Origin: Acidobacteriota bacterium | GTDB taxonomy: Bacteria > Acidobacteriota > Vicinamibacteria > Vicinamibacterales > UBA8438 | Direction: 5' to 3' | Length of the DNA: 64,000 bases | Assembly: GCA_026708265.1 (NCBI GenBank) | Contig: JAPOVI010000030.1 | Span: forward strand, 571-64,570 | In this document: positions 7,562 to 18,072 of the stretch, one piece after another | How the letters are laid out: every line of letters starts with the position of its first letter | How positions within the stretch are numbered: position 1 is the first letter of the stretch | The notes under the pieces: model-generated | What the model saw: the letters and a program-made list of their open reading frames with translations, nothing else | Database searches by the model: none | What the model was told of the DNA's origin: nothing | Made by a program: the position numbers and the translations under genes

Positions 7562-9967
7562 ATGGCCGCGCTCGCCCGCGGCTGCCTGCCGCCGGGGCTC
7601 GTCGGCATCGGTCTGCTGCTCGCGGGAGCCCTGGCCGCCGCGCAGGAGCCTCCCGCGGACGCGGGCCCCGACGCGGCGGCGACATACCGCGCCGTCCTCG
7701 ACCGCTACTGCGTCACGTGCCACAACGGCCGCCTGCGGACGGCCGGTCTCGAGCTCGACGCGGCGGACCTCATGGACGTGCGCGGCCGGCCCGAGCTGTG
7801 GGAGAACGTCGTGCGCAAGCTGCGGGGGCGCGACATGCCGCCGCCGCCCCGCCGGCGGCCCGCCGAGGCGGTCTACGACGGCTTCGCCGGGTGGCTCGAG
7901 ACGACCCTGGACGCAGCCGCGGCGGCCGACCCGCGGCCCGGCCGGCCGGCGCTCCACCGGCTGAACCGCACGGAGTACGCCAACGCGGTCCGTGATCTGC
8001 TGGCGCTGGAGGTCGACGTCACGACGCTGCTGCCGCCGGACGACTCGACGCACGGCTTCGACAACATCGCGGACGCGCTGGGCGTCTCGCCCCTGCTGCT
8101 GGAGAGCTACGTGACGGCGGCGCGCAAGATCAGCCGCCTGGCCGTCGCCAACCCGGCCATCCCGCCGAGCGCGGAGACCTACGTCGGCGCCCACGACGAG
8201 ACGCAGGACAACCACCGCGAGGGGATGCCGTTCGGGACGCGCGGCGGCCTGCGCGTCACGCACCACTTCCCGGTGGACGGCGAGTACGAGATCCGCATTC
8301 GCCTGGAGCGGAGCCAGCGCGACGATGTGCGGGGCCTCCACGAGCCGCACGAGCTGGAGCTGGCCGTCGACGGCGCGCGAGTGCGCCTGTTCGCGCTCGA
8401 CGGCGGCCCGCACATGTACCGGCAGGTGGTCTACGACGGGGAGACGCCCGCGCTGACGGCCGACGACCACCTGGTGCTGCGCGCGCCGCTGACGGCCGGT
8501 CCGCACGTCGTCACGGCGACGTTCCCGGTCAAGAGCTTCGGCGTGTCCGAGAGCTTGTCGCGGCCGCTGCTCCGTAGCTATCCCACTCCCAACTCGGTGG
8601 CCGGGCTGCCGGCGGTGAGCCGCATCCTCATTACCGGCCCCCTGGCCGCGGCCGGCCGCGGCGACACCCCGACGCGCCGGCGCATATTCACCTGCCGGCC
8701 GGACGCCGCCGAAGCCGCTTGCGCGGAGCGGATCCTCGCGGGGCTGGCGCGGCGCGCCTACCGGGGCCTCGATACGGACGCGGACGTGCGGGAGCTGGTC
8801 GGCTTCTACGAGGCGGGGCGGGCCGCCGGCGGGTTCGAGGCAGGCATCGAGGCGGCGCTGTGGCGGCTGCTGGCCAGCCCGAAGTTCCTCTTCCGCTTCG
8901 AGTTCGATCCGCCCGACGCGGCGCCGGGCGACGCGTACCCCCTCGGCGACCTGGAGCTGGCGTCGCGCCTGTCCTTCTTCCTGTGGAGCAGCATCCCCGA
9001 CGAGGCGCTGCTGGCGGCGGCCGAGCGCGGCGAGCTGCGCCGGCCCGGCGGGCTGGAGCGGCAGGTGCGCCGGATGCTGGCCGACCCGCGCGCGGCCGCG
9101 CTGGTGGACAACTTCGCGGGCCAGTGGCTCTACCTGCGCAACCTGCAGCACATCGTCCCCGAGCCGCGGCGCTTCCGCAACTTCGACAACAACCTGCGGC
9201 GGGCGTTCCGGCGCGAGACGGAGCTGCTCTTCGCCTCGATTGTCGCCGAGGACCGCAGCGTGCTGGAGCTGCTGGACGCCGACTACACGTTCGTCAACGA
9301 GCGGCTGGCGCGGCACTACGGCCTCCCGGGCGTGCGGGGGAGCCACTTCCGCCGCGTCGCGGTTACCGACGAGCACCGGCGCGGCCTGCTCGGCCACGGC
9401 AGCATCCTCACCGTGACGTCGTACGCCAACCGGACGTCGCCGGTCCTGCGCGGCAAGTGGGTGCTCGAGAACCTGCTGGGCGCGCCGCCGCCCCCGCCGC
9501 CGGCCGACGTCCCGGACCTGCCCGAGGAGGACGGCTCCGGGCCGGGCCTGACGATGCGCGAGCGGCTGGCCGCGCACCGCGCCAACCCCGTCTGCGCGAG
9601 CTGTCACGCGACGATGGACCCGATCGGCTTCGGGCTGGAGAACTTCGATGCGGTCGGCGCCTGGCGGCAGAGCGAGCACGGCGCGCCCATCGATGCATCG
9701 GGCTCGCTGCCGAACGGCGCCGCGTTCGAGGGGCCGGCGGAGCTGCGGGCGGCGCTCCTGGCGCGGCCCGAGACGTTCGTCCGCGCGCTGACCGCCAAGC
9801 TGGCGACCTATGCGCTCGGGCGGGGCGTCGAGCCCTTCGACGCGCCCGCCATCCGGACCATCCTGGCGGAGGCGGAGGGCAGCGGCTACACCTTCTCGGC
9901 ACTCGTGCTCGGCATCGTCCGGAGCGTGCCGTTCCAGATGCGCGAGGCGGCGGAACAGACGGAGTGA
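7562..9967 (+). CDS. DUF1592-family (DUF1587/1595/1592/1588/1585) exported c-type heme protein #1
   Basis: Signal peptide, CVTCH, LHRLNRTEYANAVRDLL, ELASRLSFFLWSSIPD, RTSPVLRGKW, CASCH, YALGR. Confidence 0.92.
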   Translation: MAALARGCLPPGLVGIGLLLAGALAAAQEPPADAGPDAAATYRAVLDRYCVTCHNGRLRTAGLELDAADLMDVRGRPELWENVVRKLRGRDMPPPPRRRPAEAVYDGFAGWLETTLDAAAAADPRPGRPALHRLNRTEYANAVRDLLALEVDVTTLLPPDDSTHGFDNIADALGVSPLLLESYVTAARKISRLAVANPAIPPSAETYVGAHDETQDNHREGMPFGTRGGLRVTHHFPVDGEYEIRIRLERSQRDDVRGLHEPHELELAVDGARVRLFALDGGPHMYRQVVYDGETPALTADDHLVLRAPLTAGPHVVTATFPVKSFGVSESLSRPLLRSYPTPNSVAGLPAVSRILITGPLAAAGRGDTPTRRRIFTCRPDAAEAACAERILAGLARRAYRGLDTDADVRELVGFYEAGRAAGGFEAGIEAALWRLLASPKFLFRFEFDPPDAAPGDAYPLGDLELASRLSFFLWSSIPDEALLAAAERGELRRPGGLERQVRRMLADPRAAALVDNFAGQWLYLRNLQHIVPEPRRFRNFDNNLRRAFRRETELLFASIVAEDRSVLELLDADYTFVNERLARHYGLPGVRGSHFRRVAVTDEHRRGLLGHGSILTVTSYANRTSPVLRGKWVLENLLGAPPPPPPADVPDLPEEDGSGPGLTMRERLAAHRANPVCASCHATMDPIGFGLENFDAVGAWRQSEHGAPIDASGSLPNGAAFEGPAELRAALLARPETFVRALTAKLATYALGRGVEPFDAPAIRTILAEAEGSGYTFSALVLGIVRSVPFQMREAAEQTE

Positions 9968-9996
9968 AGGACGAGGAGCGACAATCGAAGAAGAGG

Positions 9997-10121
9997 ATGG
10001 CCGACCAGCTCGACAACCGGCCGGTGTTCACGATCGTGATGGGGGCTGCAACGCAGACGCACCGGATGAATACGTCGACGCGGAGATCGGCAACCAGGCG
10101 AAGGCGCCAGCCGGCGCGTGA
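9997..10121 (+). pseudogene. Possible remnant of a zeta-toxin/AAA P-loop gene
   Basis: GAGG RBS and ATG 9997 give MADQLDNRPVFTIVMG; a shifted frame then gives GCN, as in zeta-like RPxxxIxxGxNGAGKS. The Walker A motif is lost. Confidence 0.3.
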
Positions 10122-10127
10122 CCCATG

Positions 10128-11132
10128 CTACGGATGCTCGAGGCCTTCCCCGCCCGCCCGGTTCGGACGCCATCGTAGCGGTGGCAGGTGCTTTCTCTCG
10201 TGCCGCAGGCGCTGCGGCTCTATCTGCAGGATCGAATCCGTCCGCTTCGTCCACAGCCCGTCGACGGTCGCGTCGAGTACCGCCCCCGCGTCGCGGTACT
10301 GCGCGTTCAGGAACGTGTTGATTCCCTCGCGCTCCATGCCTTGCTGGAGCGCTTCGGCGCTCCCGTAGGCGCGCGTCCTCGCGCCTCGCGCCGTCGTCGT
10401 CTCGACCTCGGCCGTTCCTGCGCGCGTGCGGATCTCGACGCGTTCGTACTTGGCGGCGACGATTGCGTTGCTCGCATATCCGGCCGGGTCGTCCACTACC
10501 GGCTGCAGCCCGTCGGCGATTCCTTCGAGCTCGGACGCGTCGGCGGCGTACTGCTCCGCGGTCTCCGCGTAGATGCTCAGGATGGCGTCCAGCCTCTTCT
10601 CCGGCAGCGCATTCACCGCTATCTCCAGCGCTTTCGGTTCGGCCTCCCCGCACGCGGCGATGTCCACCAGGTCGCGCGCGGGGGCGTGCATTCCGCGGCC
10701 GGAGAGCTTGCCGCTGAGGATTTGCGCGGTGCTCAGCACGACGGCCGGTTCGCCGTCGACGATGGTCGTCCGCTCGCTGCCCCGGGGTCTCGGCGGCGCA
10801 AAGGACACGTCGATGTGGTTTCCCTGGTTCCGCTCGAACTCGATTCTCGGGAACTCCGGGTGATCGACCCGACACCCGCCGCACGCTTCGGCGGCCCGAT
10901 CCAGCACCTTCCGTCCGTCCTCGGTCGTGCTCAACTGCAGGTAGACGTCGAGGTCGCGACTCAACCTGTGGTCCCAGCGTGCGCTCAGGATGCTCCCGCC
11001 CCCGAGGAGCTCGCCGGTCCGGTCCCTGGTGTGCGGCCGCACGTGCTCGCGGAACGCCGGTCGCATCCGCGCCAGGATCTCTCGGGCCTGCCCCCTGGTC
11101 TCCAGCGCGTCGGTCGGCTCGTCGGGGTTCAT
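10128..11132 (-). CDS. AbiEii/AbiGii-family nucleotidyltransferase toxin (type IV TA)
   Basis: LLGGGSILSARWDHRLSRDLDV (GG..R.S.DxD motif), ILSGKL, ARDLVDI. ATGA-coupled to the upstream gene. Confidence 0.85.
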   Translation of the reverse strand: MNPDEPTDALETRGQAREILARMRPAFREHVRPHTRDRTGELLGGGSILSARWDHRLSRDLDVYLQLSTTEDGRKVLDRAAEACGGCRVDHPEFPRIEFERNQGNHIDVSFAPPRPRGSERTTIVDGEPAVVLSTAQILSGKLSGRGMHAPARDLVDIAACGEAEPKALEIAVNALPEKRLDAILSIYAETAEQYAADASELEGIADGLQPVVDDPAGYASNAIVAAKYERVEIRTRAGTAEVETTTARGARTRAYGSAEALQQGMEREGINTFLNAQYRDAGAVLDATVDGLWTKRTDSILQIEPQRLRHERKHLPPLRWRPNRAGGEGLEHP

Positions 11133-11620
11133 CGTCTTGCGAACCGGTTCAGCCGGCGCGCCCCCTCGCCACGTGTCAGCCCCACCCGGTGCAGCGCGCG
11201 TGCGAGCTCGCGCCAGGTGTAGGCGCCTTCGAGCCGCGCGTCGAGCTGCTCGGCAACGTCTGCCTCGTGGTACCACGTCAGCAGGATCGCGGCCTCTCTC
11301 CCTGTTCCTTCCGGATCGTGGACAGCGCGGTAGAACTCCCCTGCGGTGGGCACCCTGCGCCAGCCGGCGCAGCTCATTCGCAGCCGGCTCGTCACCGTCC
11401 TGCTTTCCGGTCCCGTCTCCGAATCCGGCACCAGGTGCCCGTGCCGGCGCCGCTCGGCGGCGCTTCCGCGCGCGTCGCTGAACACTTCCGGCGGACCGAG
11501 CCGGTCGGGGATCGCGTCGCGGTCGCTCCGCCGCAACCGGCTGCACTCCGCCCGCCATCCGCGCGGCGACTGCAGCGCCTGCTCACCGCCCGTCTGCCGG
11601 GTCTTCCTGGTCTTCTTCAA
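11129..11620 (-). CDS. Putative antitoxin partner of the AbiEii-like toxin
   Basis: Translationally coupled upstream gene with a helical C-terminus (AYTWRELARALHRVGL). TTG start uncertain. Confidence 0.55.
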   Translation of the reverse strand: MKKTRKTRQTGGEQALQSPRGWRAECSRLRRSDRDAIPDRLGPPEVFSDARGSAAERRRHGHLVPDSETGPESRTVTSRLRMSCAGWRRVPTAGEFYRAVHDPEGTGREAAILLTWYHEADVAEQLDARLEGAYTWRELARALHRVGLTRGEGARRLNRFARR

Positions 11621-11806
11621 ATGCCACCGGTCCTGTTCGCTTTCGCCATCCTATCAGCCGACCCCGAGGCCTTCGCCGTCCCGCCGCGGGCTGGGTCCGA
11701 TCGCGCTGGCGGTCGGCGTCGGGTGCGAATTGGTTTGGACGATCCCGGACAAGCGTGTATGGTCGCAAGGTCACGCCAATCGGCCGTCGCTCCGGGGGGG
11801 AACAGC

Positions 11807-13384
11807 ATGCGCGTCACCATTTGCCTGACGGCGGTTGTCCTGGCGGTCGCCCTGATCGGAGGCCCCGCCCACGCCGCCGACGAGAGGGTGGCCGACCTCG
11901 CCAAGGCCCAGCAGTGGCCGGGCGTGGCCGACCTGGTGCGGCAGGGCGCCGACGTCGACGCGCCCCAGGCCGACGGCTCGACGGCGCTGCACTGGGCGGC
12001 CCACTGGAACGAGGCGGCGACCGCGGCGCTGCTGATCGAAGCCGGCGCCGATGTCGATGCGGTGACCTTCACCGGCGTCAGCGCGCTCTCGCTCGCCTGC
12101 GAGAACGGCAGCGCGGAGATCGTCGGTCTGCTGCTGAAGGCGGGCGCGGAGGTCAACGTGGCGGCGGTCGGTGGCGTCACGCCGCTCCTGCTCGCGGCCC
12201 AGTCCGGCCATGCCGGAGTGGTCCGGGCGCTCCTCGAGCACGGCGCCGCGGTCGACGCTCGGGCGGCCGGGTCGGCGCAGACGCCGCTCATGTGGGCGGC
12301 CACCGAAGGCCACGCGGCGAGCGTCGCGTTGCTGCTCGAGCGGGGCGCGTCGATCACGGCGACGTCCGCGGGCGGGTTCACGCCCTTGATGTTCGCCGTG
12401 CGCGGCGGCCATCTCGACGTCGTGACGACGCTGGTCGAGGCGGGGGCGGACGTCGATGCGGCGACGCCGGTGATGCCCGCGTCCGGCGGCCGGGTCGGCT
12501 ACGACCTCGGCGCCGGCCCCATCACGCCCCTGCCCCTCGCGATCGCCAACAACCACGCCCCCGTGGCGCTGTACCTCCTGGCGCAGGGCGCGAATCCCAA
12601 CCAGGGCGCCGCGGGCATGAGCGCGTTGCACCACGCCGTGTACGGCATCGGCCAGAACCGCGCGGCCGGCGGCGGCGGCGACGACGGGTCCGGCCTGCGG
12701 GGACGCGAGGCGCTCGTGCGGGCCCTGCTCGCGCACGGGGCGGACCCGAACGCGCGACAGACGGCCCCCGGCATCATGGGGTTCGGCGGAGAAGGAAAGC
12801 ACGGGGCGTTCGAGGCCTTCGGCTGGGGCACGAACCGCGTGGGCGCCACGCCGTTCTACCTGGCCGCGGACTGCAGCAACGCCAACCCGGAGCTGATGCG
12901 GATCCTGCTCGACCACGGGGCCGACCCGAGCCTGACGACCGAGGACGGGACCACCCCGCTGATGGCGTCCTCCGGGCTCGGCTGGGGCTACGCGCCCCCG
13001 GACGAGGCCGCGCGGCGGCGCATGCTGGCCGGGGTGAGGTTCCTGGTCGAGGAGGTCGGCGCCGACGTCAACGCCGCCAACGCGGCGGGATTCACGCCGC
13101 TCCACGGGGCCGCGTACAAGGGGTCGGTCGGCATCATCGCCTACCTCGTCGAGCGCGGCGCGAAGATGAACGTGCGCGACTACCGCGGACGCACCCCCTA
13201 CCGGCTCGCAAGCTGGGCCCGCAACTCCACCGACTTCTACCGCTGGCCGGAGGCCGCCGACTTGCTGGTGGAGCTGGGCGCGAACCCGCGGCTGGGAGTC
13301 TCCGCCAACCTGCAGGAGCGCGAGCTGGCCCGCGCGGCGGGCGAGGCGACCGGGCAGCCGGGGGAGACGACCGGGGGGCGCTGA
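11807..13384 (+). CDS. Exported ankyrin-repeat protein
   Basis: Signal peptide ending AHA, followed by many GxTPLH/LxxGADVN ankyrin repeats. RBS before ATG 11807. Confidence 0.92.
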   Translation: MRVTICLTAVVLAVALIGGPAHAADERVADLAKAQQWPGVADLVRQGADVDAPQADGSTALHWAAHWNEAATAALLIEAGADVDAVTFTGVSALSLACENGSAEIVGLLLKAGAEVNVAAVGGVTPLLLAAQSGHAGVVRALLEHGAAVDARAAGSAQTPLMWAATEGHAASVALLLERGASITATSAGGFTPLMFAVRGGHLDVVTTLVEAGADVDAATPVMPASGGRVGYDLGAGPITPLPLAIANNHAPVALYLLAQGANPNQGAAGMSALHHAVYGIGQNRAAGGGGDDGSGLRGREALVRALLAHGADPNARQTAPGIMGFGGEGKHGAFEAFGWGTNRVGATPFYLAADCSNANPELMRILLDHGADPSLTTEDGTTPLMASSGLGWGYAPPDEAARRRMLAGVRFLVEEVGADVNAANAAGFTPLHGAAYKGSVGIIAYLVERGAKMNVRDYRGRTPYRLASWARNSTDFYRWPEAADLLVELGANPRLGVSANLQERELARAAGEATGQPGETTGGR

Positions 13385-13401
13385 CCGCGCAGGGAGCTGG
13401 C

Positions 13402-13875
13402 ATGACCGGCGCTCGACGACGCGTTTTGCTGGCCGCCGTCCTCGTGGCGGGCGCGTCCGCCACGGTCGCGGCGCAGAAGGTCTTCACGGCCGACGAGCTG
13501 CGTGTCGTCGAACGGATCGTGGGGACCTACTTCGAGTCCGCGAAGTCGCTGAGCGCGGCGCAGGACTACGAGACGGCCAAGGTCCGGCTGATCGTCGCGC
13601 GCGAGTATCTCGCGCGGAGCTGGACGTTCTGGACGCGGCACGAACGAGGCGACGCGGCGAAGATGGTCACCGCGACGACCGCCGCCCTGGACGCACTCGA
13701 CGACCGGTTGTCCGAGGTGCCCATCGATCCGGCCCGCGTGCAGGAGGCGGTGCAGGAGGCGAGCGCGGCGTGCGAGACCTGCCATGCCGCGTTCCGCGTC
13801 GAGCATCCGGCGGCCGGGACGTACGACATCAAGCCGGGCATCATCAGCGAGCCCGCCGGTCGGGAACGGCCCTAG
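13402..13875 (+). CDS. Exported class II (cytochrome c'-like) four-helix cytochrome c
   Basis: Signal peptide, all-helical, C-terminal ACETCHAAFR heme motif. GGGAG RBS. Confidence 0.75.
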   Translation: MTGARRRVLLAAVLVAGASATVAAQKVFTADELRVVERIVGTYFESAKSLSAAQDYETAKVRLIVAREYLARSWTFWTRHERGDAAKMVTATTAALDALDDRLSEVPIDPARVQEAVQEASAACETCHAAFRVEHPAAGTYDIKPGIISEPAGRERP

Positions 13876-14061
13876 GAGTCTGCGCCGTCGAGGTGCGGAC
13901 GCCTGCGGGTTGCCTGGGCACCACGCGGCGCCGTCGGGTGACGAAATGGCGGGCCAGGGCGGCGCCGGGGGCTGGTTGAGGATCCAGCCGGCAGCAGAGC
14001 GTGCGGCGCGCGGCGGCGGGAAGGCCGAGCGAGACAGCGGTGTTCCTGCGGAGTGGGGACG

Positions 14062-16587
14062 ATGACCATGATCTGGACGCGACACCGACCGCCGGCGCGC
14101 GCGATGCTCCTCCTGTTGGCCAGTCTCGGGGTGGCGTTCGCCCCCTCCGCGTCTCCTGCGTCCTCCGCGGCCCCCGCGGCTGAGCCTCAGGCGACCGCTG
14201 CCGCGACACCGACCGCGACCGCCGCGATCGAGTCCGGCGCGATCGAATCCGGCGTTGCGACGCCCACAGAGACGCCCGATCCCGAGCTCCTGACCCGGTA
14301 CTGCATCCGGTGCCACAGCGACCGGCTCCGGACGGGCGGCCTGACGCTCGAGCACGCCGACGTGAACCGGATTGCCGACGACCCCGAGCTGTGGGAGAAG
14401 ATCGCGTGGAAGGTCCGCATCGGCGCGATGCCGAAGGTGCCGGCGCCCCGGCCTGAACGGCCGGTGCTCGACCGCTTCGCGTCCGCGGTGGAGGGCGCGC
14501 TCGATCGTGCCGCGGCCGCGTCGCCCGATCCGGGGCCGCCCACCTTCCATCGGCTCAATCGCCTCCAGTACGTCAACGCGGTGCGCGACTTCCTCGGCGT
14601 GGAGGTCGACGGGCCGAGCCTGCTGCCGCCGGACGCGACCAGCTACGGTTTCGACAACAACCGGGGGCTGACCATCACGCCCTCGCTGCTCGACCGCTAC
14701 CTCGCCGCCGCCGTCCGGATCGCGCGCGCCGCGGTCGGCGATCCGACCATTCCGCCGACCACCGAGACCTATCGCATCGAGCAGACGGTCCGGCAGGGCG
14801 AGCGCATGAGCGAGGACCTGCCCTTCGGCACCAACGGCGGCCTGGCCGTCCGGCACACCTTCCCGCTCGACGGCGAGTACGCCGTTCGCGTGCTGCTCCC
14901 GGGCATGGGCACGGGCGCCTTGTACTCCCGGCCGCAGAGCGAGGTCCTCGTCACCGTGGACGGCGCCACCGTCAAGCACTGGTCGCTCGAGCCGCTGCGG
15001 GGCCGGAATCCTGCCATCGCGGCCACGACCAGCCCCGAGGAGGACGCGCCCCGCGCACCGGACGAGGACCTCGTGGTCCGTTTCGCGGCGAAGGCGGGAA
15101 CCCGCCCCGTGGGCGTGACCCTCCTGAACATCCGCCCCGCGTACGCCGAGGGTCTGCGGGGCGGGGTGGTGGGCGATCCGGGACCGGTGCGGCGCGGCGC
15201 GTCGGGCCGTATCGAGTCCCTCACGGTGTCGGGCCCGTTCCACGCCGCCACGCCCGAGGAGAGCGAGAGCCGGCGGCGCATCTTCACCTGCCGGCCCACC
15301 GCATCGACCGACGAGCGCGCCTGCGCGCGGCAGATTCTCACGCGGCTGGCGCGGCGCGGGTTCCGGCGGCCCGTCGCCGCCTCCGACGTGGAGGGGCTGC
15401 TGCCCTTCTACGAGGAGGGGCGGCGCGCCGGGGGGTTCGACGCGGGCATTCAGGCCGCCCTGGAGCGCCTGCTGATCTCGCCCCAGTTCCTGTTCCGCAT
15501 CGAGCGCGGTCCCGACGGAGCGGAGCCGAACACGATCTTCCGCGTGAGCGACGTCGAGCTGGCGTCCCGGTTGTCGTTCTTCCTCTGGAGCAGCCCCCCG
15601 GACGAGGAGCTGCTCGGCGTCGCCGAGCGCGGCCGGCTCGGCGAGCCCGCGGTCCTGACCGCCCAGACGCGCCGGATGCTCGCCGACCCCCGCGCCGCGC
15701 AGATGGCGGCCGGCTTCGCCGGCCAGTGGCTGGGGACGCGCCTGGTCCGCGAGCTGCAGCCCGACCCGACGCTCTATCCCCTGGACGCCAACTTGCAGGA
15801 GGCCCTGGCGCGCGAGACCGAGCTGTTCTTCGAGAGCCAGCTCCGGGAAGACCGGAGCGTGCCGGATCTGCTGGAGGCCGACTACACGTACCTGAACGAG
15901 CGCCTCGCCGCGCACTACGGCATTCCGAACGTCTACGGCAGCCACATGCGGCGCGTGACGCTGACCGATGACCGACGGTTCGGCATCCTGGGCATGGGCG
16001 GCGTCCTGATGGTGACCTCCCATGCCAACCGGACGTCCCCCGTGGTGCGCGGGAAGTGGATCATGGACAACCTCGTGGCCAATCCCCCGCCCCCGCCTCC
16101 CGCGGACATACCGCCGCTTCCCGAGAACGATGGCGAGCTGCCGACCACCGTGCGGGAGCGGCTCGAGCAGCACCGGGCCAATCCGGTGTGCGCCTCGTGC
16201 CACACCCTGATGGATCCCTTCGGGTTCGCGCTCGAGAACTTCGACGTCACCGGCCAGTGGCGGGACGTCGACAACGGCATACCGGTGGATGCGTCGGGAG
16301 TGGCGCTCGACGGGTCGGAGATGGACGGCGTGGTGGGACTCCGCCGGGCGCTGCTGGCCAACCGCACGCAGTTTGCGACCGTCTTCACCGAGCGGCTGCT
16401 CACCTATGCGCTCGGGCGCGGCGTGGACGCCCGCGATCGGCCCGCCGTTCGGGCCATCGTCCGCGAGGCGGCCCCGGACTTTCGCTGGTCGGACATCATC
16501 CTCGGCATCGTCACCAGCTCGCCGTTCCGCATGAACCGCACGCCCGGCGCCGAGCCCGGGGCGACGGCCACGGTGGCGAGTCGCTGA
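14062..16587 (+). CDS. DUF1592-family exported c-type heme protein #2
   Basis: CIRCH, FHRLNRLQYVNAVRD, ELASRLSFFLWSSPPD, RTSPVVRGKW, CASCH, YALGR. Confidence 0.92.
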   Translation: MTMIWTRHRPPARAMLLLLASLGVAFAPSASPASSAAPAAEPQATAAATPTATAAIESGAIESGVATPTETPDPELLTRYCIRCHSDRLRTGGLTLEHADVNRIADDPELWEKIAWKVRIGAMPKVPAPRPERPVLDRFASAVEGALDRAAAASPDPGPPTFHRLNRLQYVNAVRDFLGVEVDGPSLLPPDATSYGFDNNRGLTITPSLLDRYLAAAVRIARAAVGDPTIPPTTETYRIEQTVRQGERMSEDLPFGTNGGLAVRHTFPLDGEYAVRVLLPGMGTGALYSRPQSEVLVTVDGATVKHWSLEPLRGRNPAIAATTSPEEDAPRAPDEDLVVRFAAKAGTRPVGVTLLNIRPAYAEGLRGGVVGDPGPVRRGASGRIESLTVSGPFHAATPEESESRRRIFTCRPTASTDERACARQILTRLARRGFRRPVAASDVEGLLPFYEEGRRAGGFDAGIQAALERLLISPQFLFRIERGPDGAEPNTIFRVSDVELASRLSFFLWSSPPDEELLGVAERGRLGEPAVLTAQTRRMLADPRAAQMAAGFAGQWLGTRLVRELQPDPTLYPLDANLQEALARETELFFESQLREDRSVPDLLEADYTYLNERLAAHYGIPNVYGSHMRRVTLTDDRRFGILGMGGVLMVTSHANRTSPVVRGKWIMDNLVANPPPPPPADIPPLPENDGELPTTVRERLEQHRANPVCASCHTLMDPFGFALENFDVTGQWRDVDNGIPVDASGVALDGSEMDGVVGLRRALLANRTQFATVFTERLLTYALGRGVDARDRPAVRAIVREAAPDFRWSDIILGIVTSSPFRMNRTPGAEPGATATVASR

Positions 16588-16628
16588 GGCCAAGGCAGTC
16601 CTCGACTAAGGAACCAAGGAGAGCTCGC

Positions 16629-17981
16629 ATGTTCATCACCAAGACGCATCTCCCCCGGCGGACCGTGCTGCGGGGCATGGGGACCGCCCTGGCCCTGCCG
16701 TTCCTGGATGCGATGGTCCCCGCCCTGACCGCGCTCGGCCGCTCCGCGGCGGCTCCGGTGCGCCGGGCGGCGTGGTTCTACGTGCCCAACGGGATGTCCA
16801 TGCGCCACTGGGCCCCGAAGAAGGAGGGTGCGCTCGCGGGCGACCTCCCGATGATCCTGCAGAGCCTGTCGCCCTACCGCGACGACCTCCTGGTGCTGAG
16901 CGACCTGGCGCACATGACCGCCTATCCGCGCGAAGGGGATCCGGCCTGCGACCATGCCCGGTCCGGCGCGACCTATCTCACGGGCGTCCATGCCGATCCC
17001 GATCTGACCAACCCGGTGACGGACATCTCCGTGGATCAGCGTGTGGCACTCGTGACGGGGCAGGAGACGCAGTTGGCCTCGCTCGAGCTGGGGGTCGCAG
17101 TACGGGCCAGTTGCGTCACGGGTTCGGTCGGCTACCCCTGCGCGTATCGCACGACGATCTCCTATCGCACGCCGACGATGGCGCTGCCGGTGGAGATCGA
17201 TCCGCGCGCGGTGTTCGAACGGCTGTTCGGGGTGGCCGACAGCACGGACCGCAAGTCGCGTCTGGCGCGGATCTCGCGCAACGCGAGCCTGCTCGATTCG
17301 GTCACCGAGGAGATCGCGCACCTGAACGGCAAGCTGGCCGCGACCGACCGCTCGAAGCTCGCGGGCTATCTCGAGTCGGTGCGGGAAGTCGAGCGGCGGA
17401 TCCGGATGGCCGAGGAGCAGAGCGACCGCGAGCTGCCGGCGGTCGACAAGCCGGCCGGCGTTCCCGACACCTTCGCCGAGCACGCGCGGCTCATGGGCGA
17501 CCTGCTGGTCCTGGCCTACCAGACCGATCTGACGCGCGTCGCCACGTTCATGCTCGCCGAGGAGGTGAGCACCCGCGCATACCCCGAGGCGGGGGTGCCG
17601 GACTCGCACCACGCGCTGTCGCACCACCAGAACGTGCTGAGCAACATCGACCGGCTGGGCAAGCTGAACGAGTTCCACATGCAGCAGTTCGCGCACGTGG
17701 TCGGCAGGCTGAAGTCGATTCCGGAAGCCGACGGCACGCTGCTGGACCGCACGATGCTCGTCTACGGGACGGGCATCAGCGACAGCAACGCGCACCTGCA
17801 CGACGATCTGCCCATTGCGCTCGTGGGCGGCGGAGCGGCCGGCATCAAGGGCGGGCGGCACATCCGCTACCCGAAGGAAACCCCGTTGACCAATCTGTGG
17901 ATGACCGTCCTCGACAAGATGGGCGTGCAGGTGGACAAGCTGGGCGACAGCACGGGGAGCATCGAGCTGGTCACCGTGTAG
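16629..17981 (+). CDS. DUF1552 (HXXSHH) protein #1
   Basis: Tat-like LPRRTVLRG, LPFLDAM, YVPNG, PRAVFERLFG, HHALSHH, GTLLD, GDSTG. Directly follows DUF1592 #2. Confidence 0.92.
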   Translation: MFITKTHLPRRTVLRGMGTALALPFLDAMVPALTALGRSAAAPVRRAAWFYVPNGMSMRHWAPKKEGALAGDLPMILQSLSPYRDDLLVLSDLAHMTAYPREGDPACDHARSGATYLTGVHADPDLTNPVTDISVDQRVALVTGQETQLASLELGVAVRASCVTGSVGYPCAYRTTISYRTPTMALPVEIDPRAVFERLFGVADSTDRKSRLARISRNASLLDSVTEEIAHLNGKLAATDRSKLAGYLESVREVERRIRMAEEQSDRELPAVDKPAGVPDTFAEHARLMGDLLVLAYQTDLTRVATFMLAEEVSTRAYPEAGVPDSHHALSHHQNVLSNIDRLGKLNEFHMQQFAHVVGRLKSIPEADGTLLDRTMLVYGTGISDSNAHLHDDLPIALVGGGAAGIKGGRHIRYPKETPLTNLWMTVLDKMGVQVDKLGDSTGSIELVTV

Positions 17982-18072
17982 CTCGAGAGAGGCTTTGCCG
18001 GCGGCACGGCAACGATGCCGGCCGCACGGACGTTGGTTACTGACACGGGTCTTTCGCGACAGAGGTCGTCAG

